The notes: generated from the letters alone by a model not told the origin. A stretch of DNA of 64,000 nt from an uncultured Flavobacteriaceae bacterium (GCA_963844995.1 CAWJQE010000008.1:1884-65883), one strand, 5' to 3'. Positions 21,168-32,256 are shown, counted from the stretch's first letter. A program made the numbers and translations.

Positions 21168-21195
21168 CACGACAAAAAACATCCATTTCACAACA
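21168..21195 (+). promoter_or_regulatory. Direct-repeat operator candidate (21-bp period) upstream of the PorE-like gene
   Basis: CACGACA-N14-CACAACA; shares the 13-mer CCATTTCACAACA with 43797-43809. Confidence 0.5.
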
Positions 21196-21331
21196 AAAAG
21201 TAATCCTATAGCATGAGAACTTCTAAATTCGGCGTTATGAAAGGGATTATATATGGATAGACCCCTTATTTCGGGGCGAATCAAATAGCATGATCTCAAA
21301 TTACTGGCTATCAATTAGGGTCGTTAAACAC

Positions 21332-24134
21332 ATGAATATAAAACATTTCAGCATCTTATTTCTTTTGCTATTTGTAAGCTCTATTAGTGGGCATGCTGCC
21401 GTTTTGGATCTTTCTAATGCGGAATATGTAACCGCATCTCCCAAAGAACTGTTCAAAACCAAAGCAAAAGCGCACAACATTGTCACCAAAACAGTTGGTG
21501 GTTATGCTGATGTATATAATGGCTATTATTTGATCACCGGAGTATTTGGGGTGTCTCAAAATGCCAATAAATTTGCGCGTTCACTGAAAATTAATGGAGC
21601 ATCGCCCGGATATTTCAAAAATCCTGATAATGGGCTGCATTATGTCTATTTAGATCATTTTTCTGCCGGGGAAGACGCTATAGCTTCCTACTTAGTGGGA
21701 AATTACAAGAAGAAGATGTGGATCTTACATGTAGAAAACAGTAAAAAGAACCCCTCTGAAATCATAGAAGTACGTTAAATCTACTAATACGACCTCAGCG
21801 ATACAGACGCATAGCCAATTTGTGAAGGCTGCCAAAAATTTTAAAATTGCCACCCGAACGGTTGAAGGAATGACCAGCATAGGAAATGGATATTATGCCG
21901 TTGCAGGGGTATTTGGCGATAAAAACAACGTTCAAAAATTCGTCAATAAGCTACGGTCCAAAGGATTGTATGCCTTAACAGCAGAAAACCCGGCATCTAA
22001 GCTAACATATGTTTATCTCGCCCACTCTAAAGATTGGAATGGTGTCCTAAAAGCTGCATCGACTCGTTTAGATGGAAACTATTCGGATAAGTTGTGGATC
22101 ATGCATATTGATAATGAGACCGTATCTTCTACAAATACAGTTTCTGAGCCAACTACTGTAGAGCAGTTTACTAAAAGTGCTTCGGTTCCTTTAACAAAGA
22201 AGACCTATAAAAGAAACCTCAGTAATGATCCACCCAATAAGCTATTGCAAAAAGCAGATGAATACTTCGATAAAATGTGGTATGCAGAAGCGGCAGAATT
22301 ATATGAGCAGTTCCTGAAAAATAATGAAGATAACTATACCTATGAGGTCCTCCAAAAAGCTGGTGATTCGCACTATTTTAATACAAATATGGAGCGAGCT
22401 TTCTATTGGTACGACATTCTCTACAATCGCTATAAAGACGATATAAGTGCAGAAAATATATTTAAATACGCACATAGCCTTAAGGGAACCGGGAAATACG
22501 CCAGGGCAAAACGCCTAATGCGCCTGTATGACCGACAAGTGAAAAAGGAAGGGATGCGATACTCCGTAGAGGATCCCCGAACTACTCCAAAAGAAAAGGT
22601 GTTAGACAACATTCTAAATACCGAACAAGAATATACCATTCGGAATATAGGTACCAATTCAGAATATTCTGATTTCTCCCCTATGTTCTACAATGAGGAT
22701 CAGCTGGTATTTGCCTCCGCAATGGACTCATCCTTTTTTAGCACTCGCAAGTATAAATGGAATAATCAGCCTTATCTGGATCTGTATGTTGCCAAAGTAA
22801 ATCAAGAATCTCAAGAGGTAAAAGACGCTATCAAATTCTCTAAAAAGATCAATACCAAGTATCATGAGGCCTCCGTAACGTTCTCCCCGGATAATACCAC
22901 TATGTATTTTACCAGAAATAATTATGGGAAGAAACTGAAACGAGATAAAAATGGAGTGAATAATCTAAAAATATACAGGTCGCGTAAAGTTGATGGAGCA
23001 TGGACAGAGGCTACTGAACTTCCATTTAACAGTGATGAATTTTCAACAGGCCACCCAGCTTTAAGTCCGGACGGAAAACAACTCTATTTTGTATCTGACC
23101 GACCTGGAAGTTTAGGGGAAACAGATATTTTTGTAGTTGACGTATACGAAGATGGCGGCTATTCTGACCCGCGTAACCTCGGACCTGAGATCAATTCGGA
23201 ACGAAAAGAAATGTTCCCATTTATTAGCGATAAGAAACTCTATTTCTCATCAAATGGCCATATCGGTTTAGGAGGATTAGACATCTATGAAGTTGCTTTT
23301 GACGAAGAAAACGGCTTTCAGCAAGTTAAAAACATGGGGAAGCCTGTGAATAGTAAGAAGGACGACTTTTCTTATATAGTGAACGAGGGAACACAAAAGG
23401 GATTCTTTGCCTCTAATAGACGCGGAGGTAAAGGAGATGATGATATTTATTCCTTCTCAAGATTATTGCCAGAAGAATTAAATCTAAATGCCATTGCCGG
23501 GGTTGTGACCGAACAAATAACCGGGGAGGTAATGCCAGAGGCTCTTGTGACCCTCCTGGATGAAAACAACATTAAACTAAAAGAGGTTATTTCAGATAAA
23601 GATGGAAGTTTTGTCTTCGAAGATCTGGATAGCACCACAAAATATACCGTAAAAACTACTAAAGAAGGTTATTCTGAGGTAGTTCTCAACACCCAAACCA
23701 AAGACAACGAACTTGTCAATGTTGAGGTTTCCTTGAATAAACTGGAAGATCTGATCGTCCTTGAGGAAGGGATCAAAAAGATAAAATTAAATATGATCTT
23801 CTTCGACTTTGATAAGTCGAATATACGCGATGACGCGGCCACTGAACTAAACAAATTGGTAGCGGTCATGCAGGAAAACCCCACAATGGTCATCAAGATA
23901 GAATCTCATACAGATTCCAGGGGTAAAGCAGCTTACAATAAATACCTCTCAGACAGACGAGCAAAATCTACCAGAGAATATATCATCTCAAAAGGCATCG
24001 ATCCAAAACGTATAGAAAGCGCCATTGGTTATGGGGAAGAAAGACTTTTAAATGGCTGTGATGGAAGTATTCGATGCAGTAGTGCTCAGCACCAGCTTAA
24101 CAGGCGTTCCGAATTTATTATAGTGAATATGTAA
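21332..24134 (+). CDS. PorE-like T9SS-associated protein (2x SPOR-like, TPR, PD40 propeller, carboxypeptidase-regulatory-like, OmpA C-terminal); +1 frameshift near 21772
   Basis: Signal peptide MNIKHF...GHA. Track ORFs 21290-21778 and 21822-24134 join through VKSTNTTSAIQTHSQFVK. GHPALSPDGK repeats; FDFDKS..ESHTDSRG..N..LS.RRA..NRRSEF OmpA motif. Confidence 0.85.
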
Positions 24135-24163
24135 ACCGTAAACATATAAACCAACCTACCCAA

Positions 24164-24198
24164 AAAAAGCCATTTTCTCTATGAGTAGATGGCTTTTT
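24164..24198 (+). terminator. Intrinsic terminator after PorE-like gene
   Basis: aaaaagccat...atggcttttt inverted repeat. Confidence 0.7.
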
Positions 24199-24265
24199 AA
24201 TTTTCTGTTGCCTAAACGCCCCTCACCCCCTTTCCACAAGCTGATATCTACCAATATTACAGCTT

Positions 24266-24293
24266 CGCAACAAGAATAGGGCCCTATACAACA
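24266..24293 (+). promoter_or_regulatory. Direct-repeat operator candidate (21-bp period) upstream of the small-protein pair
   Basis: CGCAACA-N14-TACAACA. Confidence 0.45.
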
Positions 24294-24379
24294 AATATGA
24301 AAGGGGCAAATACGGTAGAAGGCAATTTAAAGTTATTACCATAAAAACAGTTCATTCTTACTACCTAAATCTCTATTTT

Positions 24380-24550
24380 ATGAAACATATTTTACTCCTA
24401 AAAGAAATTTACATGGAAGCCTTTAAAAATTTAGGCTCCTATTTTGTTCGCAACTTTTTTAAGATATTTACCTGGTTTTGTCTGGCCTGTTTGGTCATAG
24501 TGCTTTATGCCTTTATTTTTAGGGTGGCCACTGGTTTTGCATTCGACTAG
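24380..24550 (+). CDS. 56-aa small membrane protein (DUF6747-like), copy 1
   Basis: Hand translation MKHILLLKEIYMEAFKNLGSYFVRNFFKIFTWFCLACLVIVLYAFIFRVATGFAFD*; below the track cutoff; paralog of 24745-24915. Confidence 0.85.
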   Translation: MKHILLLKEIYMEAFKNLGSYFVRNFFKIFTWFCLACLVIVLYAFIFRVATGFAFD

Positions 24551-24744
24551 AAAGACTACGAACATACTTTTTATACATCTAACCTCTGCATCTACGGTAT
24601 AACGGGAAAAGTTTACCATTGACAGAGGTTTTTTATATCGGTTGTTTTTCTAACCCAATTTTTGTGTTCTTTATCTAGTTATTATACTTCTTCTGCCCCA
24701 GAAATGGATCTTTGCCACAGGATAAACATTAAAAAGGCAGGGAT

Positions 24745-24915
24745 ATGCAGAGACTTTTACACTTTAAAGAAATTTATTTAGAAGCATTTAGAAACTGGAG
24801 TAATATGTTCCTTAAAAAGTATTTTAAGGTATTCTCCTGGTTCTGTTTTGGCCTTTGGCTTATAACCTTATACGCATTCGTATTTAGGCTTTCTACGGGC
24901 TTCGCTTTTAATTAA
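24745..24915 (+). CDS. 56-aa small membrane protein (DUF6747-like), copy 2
   Basis: MQRLLHFKEIYLEAFRNWSNMFLKKYFKVFSWFCFGLWLITLYAFVFRLSTGFAFN*; aligns without gaps to copy 1. Confidence 0.85.
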   Translation: MQRLLHFKEIYLEAFRNWSNMFLKKYFKVFSWFCFGLWLITLYAFVFRLSTGFAFN

Positions 24916-24924
24916 AAGGAATAA

Positions 24925-24960
24925 AAAAAAGCTCCACACCTTATGGCATGGAGCTTTTTT
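24925..24960. terminator. Bidirectional intrinsic terminator
   Basis: aaaaaagctcca...tggagctttttt between convergent genes. Confidence 0.8.
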
Positions 24961-24973
24961 ATTTGTTTAGGTC

Positions 24974-25954
24974 TTATTTGAATTTTATAGTTCTGATAAT
25001 GGCCTCCAATTCAAACATATAATCTCTTTTATTGGTAGCCGGGGCGAAAGTGAATCCTTCCACCACTAATTTACGGTTGTTCTTTTCGTCATCCATTATA
25101 AACGTCACAAATGGACCGGCCATTGGGAAGTTCTCTATGTCCCAAATACTTCGGGCTTCAATTGTTCTTTTTCCAGCGATCTCCGTTTCATAGAAATAAG
25201 GTGCAAAGGCATCTTCCGTGGTCATATAGGTCTTCTTAGTGGGATGATCTGGTCCCGGGATATACTTTTCTCCAATAGAATCTCGCATTCTTATAAAATC
25301 TGTCACAAAAGTGGAATCATTAGATAGACTATTCCAGGGTAATTCATAGGCAATGATATTCATGCTTCCTTTTTGGATCTCCCGATCTATCCAAACAAAA
25401 TTATCTTCTTGCTTTCCTAACTTGTAAATGGAGGGAAGGCTTAACGTGACTCCAAATTTTTCTTCCAGGATCATATCCTTATTTAAGGATCTAAGGAATC
25501 TCTTTTGTGTTTCCCTTAATTCCATGGCCGTAATAGCCTCTATCATCTCCTCCGCATGCGTTTCAATGTTCTCTATGATCTCTTCCTGGGTTCTGCCTTT
25601 TATCACTCCAATCTCCTGAGGTGTAGCGTAAAGATCTGTTTTTACATGTGCTACGTTTACAGTATCCAGATCAACAAAAAGAACGGCTCTGCGATGTCTT
25701 GTTGTACCAGTGAATACCTTTTGTGGCATTTGCTCCAAACTAAATATTGGTTCATCCCAGGTTAGCCCTACCACGGGAGCAGCAAAATATTCGCGTAACT
25801 TATCCCCAACAGGGCCTTCCCATAATTCATTGCTAATAACAACACCTACAGTGTTTATAGCTCCAATAGAGGCTGGTTTATACGATTTTTTGGGACCGTC
25901 ATTACAAGAAGAAAATAATAATAGGGCAAGCAGTAGTGAAAATACGTGTTTCAT
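24974..25954 (-). CDS. DUF4837-like lipoprotein
   Basis: MKHVFSLLLALLLFSSC lipobox; MAGPF, EGFTFAP, ELEAI motifs; follows mltD. Confidence 0.75.
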   Translation of the reverse strand: MKHVFSLLLALLLFSSCNDGPKKSYKPASIGAINTVGVVISNELWEGPVGDKLREYFAAPVVGLTWDEPIFSLEQMPQKVFTGTTRHRRAVLFVDLDTVNVAHVKTDLYATPQEIGVIKGRTQEEIIENIETHAEEMIEAITAMELRETQKRFLRSLNKDMILEEKFGVTLSLPSIYKLGKQEDNFVWIDREIQKGSMNIIAYELPWNSLSNDSTFVTDFIRMRDSIGEKYIPGPDHPTKKTYMTTEDAFAPYFYETEIAGKRTIEARSIWDIENFPMAGPFVTFIMDDEKNNRKLVVEGFTFAPATNKRDYMFELEAIIRTIKFK

Positions 25955-26014
25955 TGATCTTTGAGTAAGCATTAATATAAACCGAAATTAAAATTTTACC
26001 TCAGATATGATATC

Positions 26015-27601
26015 TTAGGAGGAACATGCACATAATTTTAATTTAGTGCCTGGCAACAAGTTATTACCACTAATACCGTTCCATTCTCGTAAATTTTCAA
26101 TAGTAATTCCAGGATATTTTTTTGAGATGGTCCATAAGGAATCTCCTTCTTTTACCGTATGGATCTTTAAATTACTGTTATTCAATGAAGTAGTGGGTTT
26201 GGCAGGGGTGGTTGCCGCTACATAGGGCTTTCTTGGGAAGATCGTAAGACGTTGCCCTATACGAAGATTGTTGCTTCTCAATCCGTTCCAATTTTTTATC
26301 TGACTGACCCCAACTCCATAACGCTCGGCTATTCTTCCAAGATAGTCTCCGCTTCTCACTCTGTACCGGATCCTTTCTTCTGCTTTAACCATTTGTGGCA
26401 AAGCGGTTTCCTTTGTTTTTAATTCCTCTTCAACATAGGCATAGATGGCTTCCTCGTTGGCAACAAACTTGCCAATTTCATTTTTAGGCAAACGCAGGGA
26501 ATAATTCTTTCCGGGAATGTTTGGAATAATATTCAATTTATAGGAAGGATTCAATACTGTCAGTTCTTCCACGCTTACGTCAACCAGCTTAGAAATCTGG
26601 TCGAAAGTGATCAATCTTTTTATGTGTACGGTATCTGTTTCGAAATAAGGGCGGGGAACCTTTGCTGATTTAAGACCGTGTTCTTCCGCATATTCAAACA
26701 AATACATGGTGGCTATAAATGCCGGAACATAGCCAGCGGTTTCCCTTGGTAAATTTCGTCTGATATTCCAATAATTAGTATATCCCCCAGATCTACGTAT
26801 GGCCTTATTGACATTTCCCGGCCCTGAATTATAGGCGGCTAAAGCCAAATCCCAATCCCCGAAAATATCGTATAGTTTGGCAAGATACTGACAAGCTGCT
26901 TTGGTCGACTTTATAGGATCGCTTCGTTCGTCTACATAGCTGCTCACGTCCAGATCGTACATCTTTCCCGTGCTATACATGAATTGCCACAGTCCGGTTG
27001 CTCCAACACGCGATTTTGCCTTAGGATTCAGCGCAGATTCAACAATTGCAAGATATTTGAGCTCTAATGGGATATTGTAATTGTCAAGTTCCTGTTCAAA
27101 AAGAGGGAAATAAAACTGACTCGCCACCAACATACGCTCCATAAGTCCTCTTTTTCGGATCAAAAAGGATTTGATCACAGATTCTAAGGAGGGGTTATAA
27201 GAAATATTAAATGGTGTTTTCTGATCCAGGGCCAGTAATCGTTCTTTCAATAGCTCAGTGTCTATTGAAATAGTGTCAATGATCGCCTCATCTATACTAT
27301 TTACCTCATCATACATGCTTTGAAAAGACTGTGCGCTCTCGTACAATTCCTTCATCCACAGACTGTCATATTTTGAAGCCAAAAGATGGTCAGTAAGGGC
27401 AACGGTCTTATCTGCTTTGACCAAAAAAGTAGCGCTGCCTTCGGTAAGGCTATTGATAGTGTCCTTTTGTAGGATCTGTGCTATTTCCGGCTGTGTTTTG
27501 ATCCCCTCCTTTATAACTAAAGAATCGGCTTGCTGTGCTGAAAGTAGTTCAGTGCATCCTATAAGGAGCCCAAAAAGCAGCCATTTTTTTAATGAATACA
27601 T
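26015..27601 (-). CDS. mltD: Lytic murein transglycosylase with two LysM domains (MltD-like)
   Basis: LAIVES, GLWQFM, LAAYNSG SLT motifs; YRVRSGDYL and HTVKEGDSL LysM repeats. Confidence 0.9.
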   Translation of the reverse strand: MYSLKKWLLFGLLIGCTELLSAQQADSLVIKEGIKTQPEIAQILQKDTINSLTEGSATFLVKADKTVALTDHLLASKYDSLWMKELYESAQSFQSMYDEVNSIDEAIIDTISIDTELLKERLLALDQKTPFNISYNPSLESVIKSFLIRKRGLMERMLVASQFYFPLFEQELDNYNIPLELKYLAIVESALNPKAKSRVGATGLWQFMYSTGKMYDLDVSSYVDERSDPIKSTKAACQYLAKLYDIFGDWDLALAAYNSGPGNVNKAIRRSGGYTNYWNIRRNLPRETAGYVPAFIATMYLFEYAEEHGLKSAKVPRPYFETDTVHIKRLITFDQISKLVDVSVEELTVLNPSYKLNIIPNIPGKNYSLRLPKNEIGKFVANEEAIYAYVEEELKTKETALPQMVKAEERIRYRVRSGDYLGRIAERYGVGVSQIKNWNGLRSNNLRIGQRLTIFPRKPYVAATTPAKPTTSLNNSNLKIHTVKEGDSLWTISKKYPGITIENLREWNGISGNNLLPGTKLKLCACSS

Positions 27602-27714
27602 AGTCTTTCTTTAAACCGTGGGGGTCAACGAAAATGCAATTTTTTTCTGAAAGAATAAAATAATCCTTTCAATAGGACATATTACGGGCTATGATCTCTT
27701 CTTTAATAACGATT

Positions 27715-28908
27715 CTAAGCCTCCATTATTGCTGCGATGCCCGGGAGTGTTTTTCCTTCCAAACTCTCCAGCATAGCGCCTCCGCCAGTGGAAACATAGC
27801 TAACTTTATCCTCAAATCCGAATTGCTTTACAGCAGCCACAGAATCGCCTCCGCCTACAAGAGAAAATGCTCCATTCTTTGTAGCTTCATCAATATAGTT
27901 CCCTATTGCGATGGTACCTTTTGCAAACTTTTCCATCTCAAACACCCCTACAGGGCCGTTCCATAGGATAGTTTTCGAAGCAAGGATCACCTTTTTGAAC
28001 ATTTTTAATGTTTCCGATCCGGCATCCAGGCCTTGCCATCCTTTTGGAATATGGTTCACAGATACAATTTTAGTGTGGGCATCATTGCTAAAACTGTCTG
28101 CTGCCAACACATCTACCGGAAGATGAATGGATACACCCTTTTTCCTGGCTTGCTCCATGATCTCAAGGGCCAGTTCCATTTTATCATCCTCACAAATGGA
28201 ATCACCAACTTCTCCTCCCATTGCTTTTACAAAAGTGTAGGTCATACCGCCACCAATGATAAGATGGTTTACCTTATCCAGAATATTTTCAATGATGGTG
28301 ATCTTAGATGAAACCTTTGCCCCGCCTAATATGGCCGTAACCGGTTTTTCTCCGGTACGCATTACTTTTTCGATCGCCTCAATTTCTTTCGCGAGTAAAT
28401 AGCCAAAACATTTCTTTTCCGGAAAAAATTGAGCAACAATAGTAGTGGATGCATGCGCCCGGTGAGCTGTACCAAATGCATCATTGACATATATATCACC
28501 TAATTTTGAGAGTGCTTCAGCAAAACCTGGGTCACCCTTTTCTTCCTCTGCGTGAAAACGAAGATTTTCCAGGAGTAAAACTTCTCCATCCTTAAGTTGA
28601 CCAACCGCATTCATTGCCTTTTCCCCAATACAATCCTCAGAAAACTTCACTTTTACACCAATGACCTGGCTTACTGCATCACAAATATGCTTTAAGGACA
28701 TGTCCGGATCAACCTGTCCCTTGGGTCTTCCTAAATGGCTCATCAGTACAGCGCTGCCGCCATCTGCCAATATTTTCATGATGGTAGGCTTTGCCGCCTC
28801 AATTCTATTGGTGTCCGTAACTTTAAATTCAGCGTTCAGTGGTACATTAAAATCTACCCGAACTAAGGCCTTTTTATGTTTGAAATTAAAATCTTCTATG
28901 GTCTTCAT
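27715..28908 (-). CDS. pgk: Phosphoglycerate kinase
   Basis: [36 protein letters not shown]. Confidence 0.98.
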   Translation of the reverse strand: MKTIEDFNFKHKKALVRVDFNVPLNAEFKVTDTNRIEAAKPTIMKILADGGSAVLMSHLGRPKGQVDPDMSLKHICDAVSQVIGVKVKFSEDCIGEKAMNAVGQLKDGEVLLLENLRFHAEEEKGDPGFAEALSKLGDIYVNDAFGTAHRAHASTTIVAQFFPEKKCFGYLLAKEIEAIEKVMRTGEKPVTAILGGAKVSSKITIIENILDKVNHLIIGGGMTYTFVKAMGGEVGDSICEDDKMELALEIMEQARKKGVSIHLPVDVLAADSFSNDAHTKIVSVNHIPKGWQGLDAGSETLKMFKKVILASKTILWNGPVGVFEMEKFAKGTIAIGNYIDEATKNGAFSLVGGGDSVAAVKQFGFEDKVSYVSTGGGAMLESLEGKTLPGIAAIMEA

Positions 28909-28931
28909 CCTTTTGTTGATTTTGAGAATGG

Positions 28932-29014
28932 CAAATGTAAAGAATAAAAGAACGAGGGTAAAGTCGGCTCTTTATTTAATTTAACCGCCCAGACCTACAA
29001 AATCTGTATATTTG
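28932..29014. promoter_or_regulatory. Divergent Bacteroidota sigma70 -7 boxes for pgk and holB
   Basis: TAcaTTTG on minus (28932-28939) and TAtaTTTG on plus (29007-29014). Confidence 0.7.
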
Positions 29015-29019
29015 ACCTC

Positions 29020-30171
29020 ATGCTTTTTAAGGAAATAATAGGGCTCCCCCACATAAAAAAACATCTGACGCAAAGTGCGGATTCAGGGCGTGTGCCACAT
29101 GCTCAATTATTTGTGGGACCGGAAGGATCTGGAACGCTACCGGCTGCTATTGCATATGCTCAATACATTCTTTGTAAAAATTCCCAGGGTGAAAATACAA
29201 CTGGCGATGAAGCATGTAATTTAAAATGCAATGCACTTTCACATCCCGATCTTCATTTTGCCTTTCCGGTATCCAATTCAGATACTGTTAAAAGTCATGC
29301 CGTAAGCAATCATTACATGACTGAGTGGAGACAATTTCTAAAGGAGGATCCATACGGTAGTTTATTTGACTGGTATCGGACCATCGGCATAGAAAAAAAA
29401 CAAGGTCAAATTGGAGTGGATGAATCCAACGAGATCGTGAAGAAGTTATCTCTTAAAGCCTACGAAGGTGGTTATAAGGTAATGATCATTTGGATGGCAG
29501 AAAAAGTGAATACTGCAGCCTCCAATAAATTGTTGAAATTACTTGAAGAGCCCCCCAATAAAACTATTTTTTTGTTGATCGCGGAAGATGAGGAGCAGAT
29601 CCTGCAAACTATCAGATCCAGATGTCAAATGCTGCATTTTCCTCCGTTGCCAGAGGAAGCTATCACAGGGGCATTAGTGGAAATGGGAGTGCAACGAGAA
29701 GAGGCCCAGCGGTTGGCCCATGAGTCTAATGGTAATTTTAACAAGGCCCTGGAACTCATGAACAAGGATTCTGAAGAGTTGATCTTTGAGAAATGGTTCG
29801 TTCAATGGGTGCGAAGTGCCTTTAAGGCCAAGGGTAAAAAAGCCGCGATCCATGAACTCATATTATGGAGCGAGGAAGTGGCTAAAACCGGGCGTGAAAC
29901 CCAGAAAAATTTTTTAAAATACTGTATGGCTGTTTTTAGACAGGCCATGCTTATTAATTATAAGGTGGAAGAACTGGCCTATATGAAAGTGCATGTAGAT
30001 GGGTTTCAGTTCGATAAATTTGCGGGCTTTGTTCATGAGAATAATATTCTGGGGATCATAGAAGAATTGGAACAAGCTATTTATCACGTAGAACGAAATG
30101 GTAATTCAAAAATAATATTGACCGATCTTTCCATTAAACTTACCAGATTATTGCACAGATCGGCAGCATGA
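29020..30171 (+). CDS. holB: DNA polymerase III delta-prime subunit
   Basis: HAQLFVGPEGSG, HPDLHF, NKLLKLLEEPP, TIRSRCQ. Confidence 0.92.
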   Translation: MLFKEIIGLPHIKKHLTQSADSGRVPHAQLFVGPEGSGTLPAAIAYAQYILCKNSQGENTTGDEACNLKCNALSHPDLHFAFPVSNSDTVKSHAVSNHYMTEWRQFLKEDPYGSLFDWYRTIGIEKKQGQIGVDESNEIVKKLSLKAYEGGYKVMIIWMAEKVNTAASNKLLKLLEEPPNKTIFLLIAEDEEQILQTIRSRCQMLHFPPLPEEAITGALVEMGVQREEAQRLAHESNGNFNKALELMNKDSEELIFEKWFVQWVRSAFKAKGKKAAIHELILWSEEVAKTGRETQKNFLKYCMAVFRQAMLINYKVEELAYMKVHVDGFQFDKFAGFVHENNILGIIEELEQAIYHVERNGNSKIILTDLSIKLTRLLHRSAA

Positions 30172-30202
30172 TCAGAATGCGATCAAACTAAAAAGGCAGA
30201 CT

Positions 30203-30601
30203 ATGGAAATCATTACTCAAAATATTACAGTTTTACTATTACTCCTTTTTCTCGTCATCACCTTTCTTCAGAGTGGGATAGACAAAATGATAGATTGGAA
30301 GGGGAATCTTGACTGGTTAACCGGTCATTTTTCCAAAACCCCATTTAAGAACATGGTCCCTTTAATGCTTTTTGTTGTTCTGGTGATGGAAGTTTTAACC
30401 GGATTGTTTAGTGCTATCGGATTTGTTCAATTCCTTATGTACGGGGAGAGTGTTTTTGCTTTTTTTGGTAGCATTTTGGCCTGCATTTCCCTGTTAATGC
30501 TCCTATTTGGTCAGAGAATGGCTAAGGATTATGAAGGAGCTAAAACCATTGTTATTTATTTTATTCCAGCGTTATTCCTTGTATTTCTTCTGCAATACTA
30601 G
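30203..30601 (+). CDS. DoxX-family membrane protein
   Basis: FLQSGIDK..W..GHF; four TM segments; LFGQR. Confidence 0.75.
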   Translation: MEIITQNITVLLLLLFLVITFLQSGIDKMIDWKGNLDWLTGHFSKTPFKNMVPLMLFVVLVMEVLTGLFSAIGFVQFLMYGESVFAFFGSILACISLLMLLFGQRMAKDYEGAKTIVIYFIPALFLVFLLQY

Positions 30602-30637
30602 CAGGGAAAGATCCTTGTGACAAAAGTTGTGGTATTG

Positions 30638-31144
30638 CTACTCCTGAGTTTCTTTGTTTAAAACTGCCAGGATCTCATCGGTGACGTCCTTGGAATCTAC
30701 TCCATAGAGAACGCTTCCACCTTCTCCGCCTCCCAGGATGTATGTATATCCCTTTGCTTTTCCAAATGCTTTGATCTCTTTCTTAACTTTCTGGATGATA
30801 CTATCCATTTCTGTCTGACCCTGCAATTGTAATAACTGTTCCTCTTGCTGAAGTTCCTGCCCTATACGTTGCCCTTGCTGTTGTAACATAGCGTATGTTT
30901 CCTGAGCTTTCTGCTGAGACATTCCCTTTACCTGAGCCTCAATGGCCTGAGCTTGCATTTGAAAAACCTGTGAAATACTATCTCTTTTTTTGTTGAATAT
31001 TTCTTTCTGAGAAGTGAATTTCGCTTCAACAGCTACCTTTTCTTTATACCCATCCATCAGTCGGATATTGTCTACATAAGCAATCTTGTCTTGTTGGCAA
31101 GCCATGGCGGTTAAAATCGCAGTTGCTATAAAAAACTTTTTCAT
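30638..31144 (-). CDS. OmpH/Skp family chaperone (lipoprotein-type signal)
   Basis: MKKFFIATAILTAMAC, KIAYVD, Q-rich coiled coil, VLYG..DVTD; start 31144 after a TActTTTG box (31166-31173). Confidence 0.85.
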   Translation of the reverse strand: MKKFFIATAILTAMACQQDKIAYVDNIRLMDGYKEKVAVEAKFTSQKEIFNKKRDSISQVFQMQAQAIEAQVKGMSQQKAQETYAMLQQQGQRIGQELQQEEQLLQLQGQTEMDSIIQKVKKEIKAFGKAKGYTYILGGGEGGSVLYGVDSKDVTDEILAVLNKETQE

Positions 31145-31404
31145 TTTACACTTGTTTAGAGTCGGCAAAAGTAAGAAAGGAATTATTCGGAATCATGAAA
31201 TCTTTAAATAAATCTAAAAATTGCTTTTGCCCGAAAATTTACGCACAAAGAGTGAAATAGATTTTATCTATGGTTTGTCTATTTCCTAATTGTTATGATC
31301 TATTCAATTGTTGCCTTTAAGATGGCCCTGTTCGCCCAATCTGTGTTACCTTGTGTCAGTATGCTAAGAACCGTAAGATATGTCAGTATAGCGCTTCTAA
31401 AAGG

Positions 31405-32256
31405 CTATTGTGCCTTTTTTAAGACGTAAAGTAAGGAAGAATACTCCCCGGTTTTCCAACCATAGTAGTTTGAGCGTAGTCCATGCCAAAAAGCAGAGAA
31501 GAATCGATGTTTTCCGTGCCGGTACTTTTCAGAAAGCTGGGCGATATAAAATGCGTCGAATATCATAGGTTTGGTGGCCACCAATGAAAACCCCTGGTTT
31601 GAAAAGATCGTTTGTATTGAATTCCGGGAGAAATGCCATAAGTGTCGAGGCACGTCATATGCTGCCCAATACGATGCATAGTGTACTGCATCATAAGAAC
31701 GAAAATTAGGGACGGCTACAAATAACAAACCGTTATCTGTTAGTCTTTTTTTAATTTCGAGTATGTTTTTATCCAGATCCGGCAGATGCTCCAGTACATG
31801 CCAAAGGGTAATAAGATCGTATTTTTTATTACCGAGATCTTTTAAAGTGGTCTTTAATTCTACTCCTTTTCCCTTAGCCATTGCACGTGCTTTTGCATTT
31901 GGTTCCACCCCTTCTGACGCCCAACCACGTTCCTTTAAAAACTTGACCAATGATCCGGTGCCTGCACCAACATCTAATATCTCAGCATTTTTCTTTGCAT
32001 ATTTTTTGATCCAGGATTCCTTTTTCTTCAGGTTATATTTTTTTACCAGTTGGTATATTTTTTCTAATACAGTGCGATTCCCATCGGTATGGGAGACATA
32101 ATCCTCATCCTGATAATACCTGTCTATTTCTTTGGGTCTCGGAACCGTGTGCAGCATTTCCAAGGCAGCATCATACTGCAATTCAAAAGTTTCCTTTGTG
32201 AGAGCATGATCTTTGGTTGTTAAAAAGAATTCCATAGTATTCATAAAATTGGACAA
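31405..32256 (-). CDS. Class I SAM-dependent methyltransferase
   Basis: ILDVGAGTG, LWHVLEH, AVPN, DVPRHL; exact start uncertain. Confidence 0.88.
   Translation of the reverse strand: MSNFMNTMEFFLTTKDHALTKETFELQYDAALEMLHTVPRPKEIDRYYQDEDYVSHTDGNRTVLEKIYQLVKKYNLKKKESWIKKYAKKNAEILDVGAGTGSLVKFLKERGWASEGVEPNAKARAMAKGKGVELKTTLKDLGNKKYDLITLWHVLEHLPDLDKNILEIKKRLTDNGLLFVAVPNFRSYDAVHYASYWAAYDVPRHLWHFSRNSIQTIFSNQGFSLVATKPMIFDAFYIAQLSEKYRHGKHRFFSAFWHGLRSNYYGWKTGEYSSLLYVLKKAQ

Noticed and set aside
21760-21822. Phase variation at the PorE-like, DUF4175-like and sprB frameshifts
   Set aside because: None lies in a long homopolymer or SSR; scattered single-base indels across unrelated genes point to consensus error.
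31174-31404. Intergenic gap near parS with an AT-rich stretch and a TGTCAGTAT direct repeat (31354, 31381) as candidate oriC
   Set aside because: No convincing DnaA-box array and no skew switch detectable by eye; needs a whole-genome GC-skew calculation.
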